Of a DNA stretch of 64,000 bases, positions 63,385 to 64,000 are shown in pieces. This DNA comes from an uncultured Planctomycetota bacterium (GTDB taxonomy: Bacteria > Planctomycetota > Planctomycetia > Isosphaerales > Isosphaeraceae). Both the position numbers and the translations under genes were made by a program. The notes below the pieces were generated by a model. It searched no databases. It had not been told where the DNA came from and was given only the letters and a program-made list of their open reading frames with translations. Each line of letters begins with the position of its first letter. Positions within the stretch are counted from its first letter, which is position 1. Where the stretch lies: assembly GCA_963737655.1 (NCBI GenBank), contig CAVTTN010000002.1, positions 5,024,001 to 5,088,000 on the forward strand, read 5' to 3'.

Positions 63385-64000
63385 TCAGGCCCCGTCGCGG
63401 CCGGTCGTCGCGGGCCTGGCCGGGGGTTTGGGGAGGCTGAGGAACCCGAAGGCGCTCCGGGCCGATCCGGTCAGGGGGCCGACCCCCGCCTCGACCTTCC
63501 GTCCGATCGTCTCCACCATGCCGGTCGGCTCGATGGCCCCGGACGGGTCGAGACGGCCGATCGCGGGGGAGGGCAAGGCCGAGGGCGAGGCCGAGCCGAG
63601 CAGGTCGTGGCCGATCCGGGCCGCCGGCGCCGAGGCTTCTCGGGCGAGGTCCAGGGTGGCCGTCGTGGCGTCCGAAAACGCCAGGGCGAGCGATCGGGGC
63701 GGGGGGGCCGCGAGGATCGGGGCCGGAGCGGGCCGGGGACGGACGAACACCAGGGCGATGGAGGCCGCCGCGGCCAGCCCCACGATCGACGCGGCCCAGG
63801 GCCGGGGGAAGCGGATCGTCCGGGGCTCGGGGGCGGCCAGGGCGAGGACCACCCGGTCGGCGAACCCCGGAGGCGGGGCGAGCGTCGCCAGCTTCGGCAG
63901 CCCCTGGGCGATCGCGGCGAACCCCTGGCCCCGGGCCCGGCAGGCCTCGCAACCGGCCGAATGGCGTTCGAGGTCCGCCAGGGACGGGGCCTCCGACCCG
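63385..64000 (-). CDS. Probable zinc-binding anti-sigma factor (ZAS/zf-HC2), 5' end outside the window
   Basis: Reading in from the window edge gives EAPSLADLERHSAGCEACR (HxxxCxxC), PPPGFADRVV, then TM GLAAAASIALVFV. Confidence 0.7.
   Translation of the reverse strand, partial: GSEAPSLADLERHSAGCEACRARGQGFAAIAQGLPKLATLAPPPGFADRVVLALAAPEPRTIRFPRPWAASIVGLAAAASIALVFVRPRPAPAPILAAPPPRSLALAFSDATTATLDLAREASAPAARIGHDLLGSASPSALPSPAIGRLDPSGAIEPTGMVETIGRKVEAGVGPLTGSARSAFGFLSLPKPPARPATTGRDGA

Overview
High-GC chromosomal window, most likely from a planctomycete (Isosphaeraceae-like; inferred from a DUF1559 gene, an 'RPRVEALEDYCLLS' planctomycete-type secretion motif and gene content). It is mostly housekeeping DNA. 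It carries a lipoate ligase with the 2-oxoglutarate dehydrogenase operon (sucA-sucB-lpdA), facing the acnA-pdhA-pdhB-pdhC-lpdA run. It also carries lnt/moeA/trpG, an ABC exporter operon, mqnD, an M28 peptidase, a Rad52/Rad22-family annealase, a decayed ParE/RelE-type TA pair, a sigma-54 two-component system, a glycogen cluster (glgA-galT-GH57) and queF/DUF62/bioA/bioD. Seven genes carry single-base frameshifts, most likely long-read assembly errors. No tRNA, rRNA, CRISPR array, integrase or transposase was recognised. The main points of interest are: (i) at least five families of palindromic repeats, including GTAG-type REPs that supply the stop codon of three genes, a 127-bp REPIN tandem array, and a ~94-bp MITE with a target-site duplication, one copy nested inside another hairpin; (ii) small, often AT-richer, often translationally coupled cassettes inside core operons (EEP nuclease + partner, SLATT-like + beta-sandwich protein, RHH-like + membrane protein), which are candidate defence or TA modules; (iii) a putative sigma-54 envelope-response module (kinase, enhancer-binding protein, -24/-12 promoter, exported helical-repeat protein with two PDZ domains and no protease domain); (iv) a secreted Gly/Tyr low-complexity protein. 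All family assignments come from motif recognition by eye; no database search was run.
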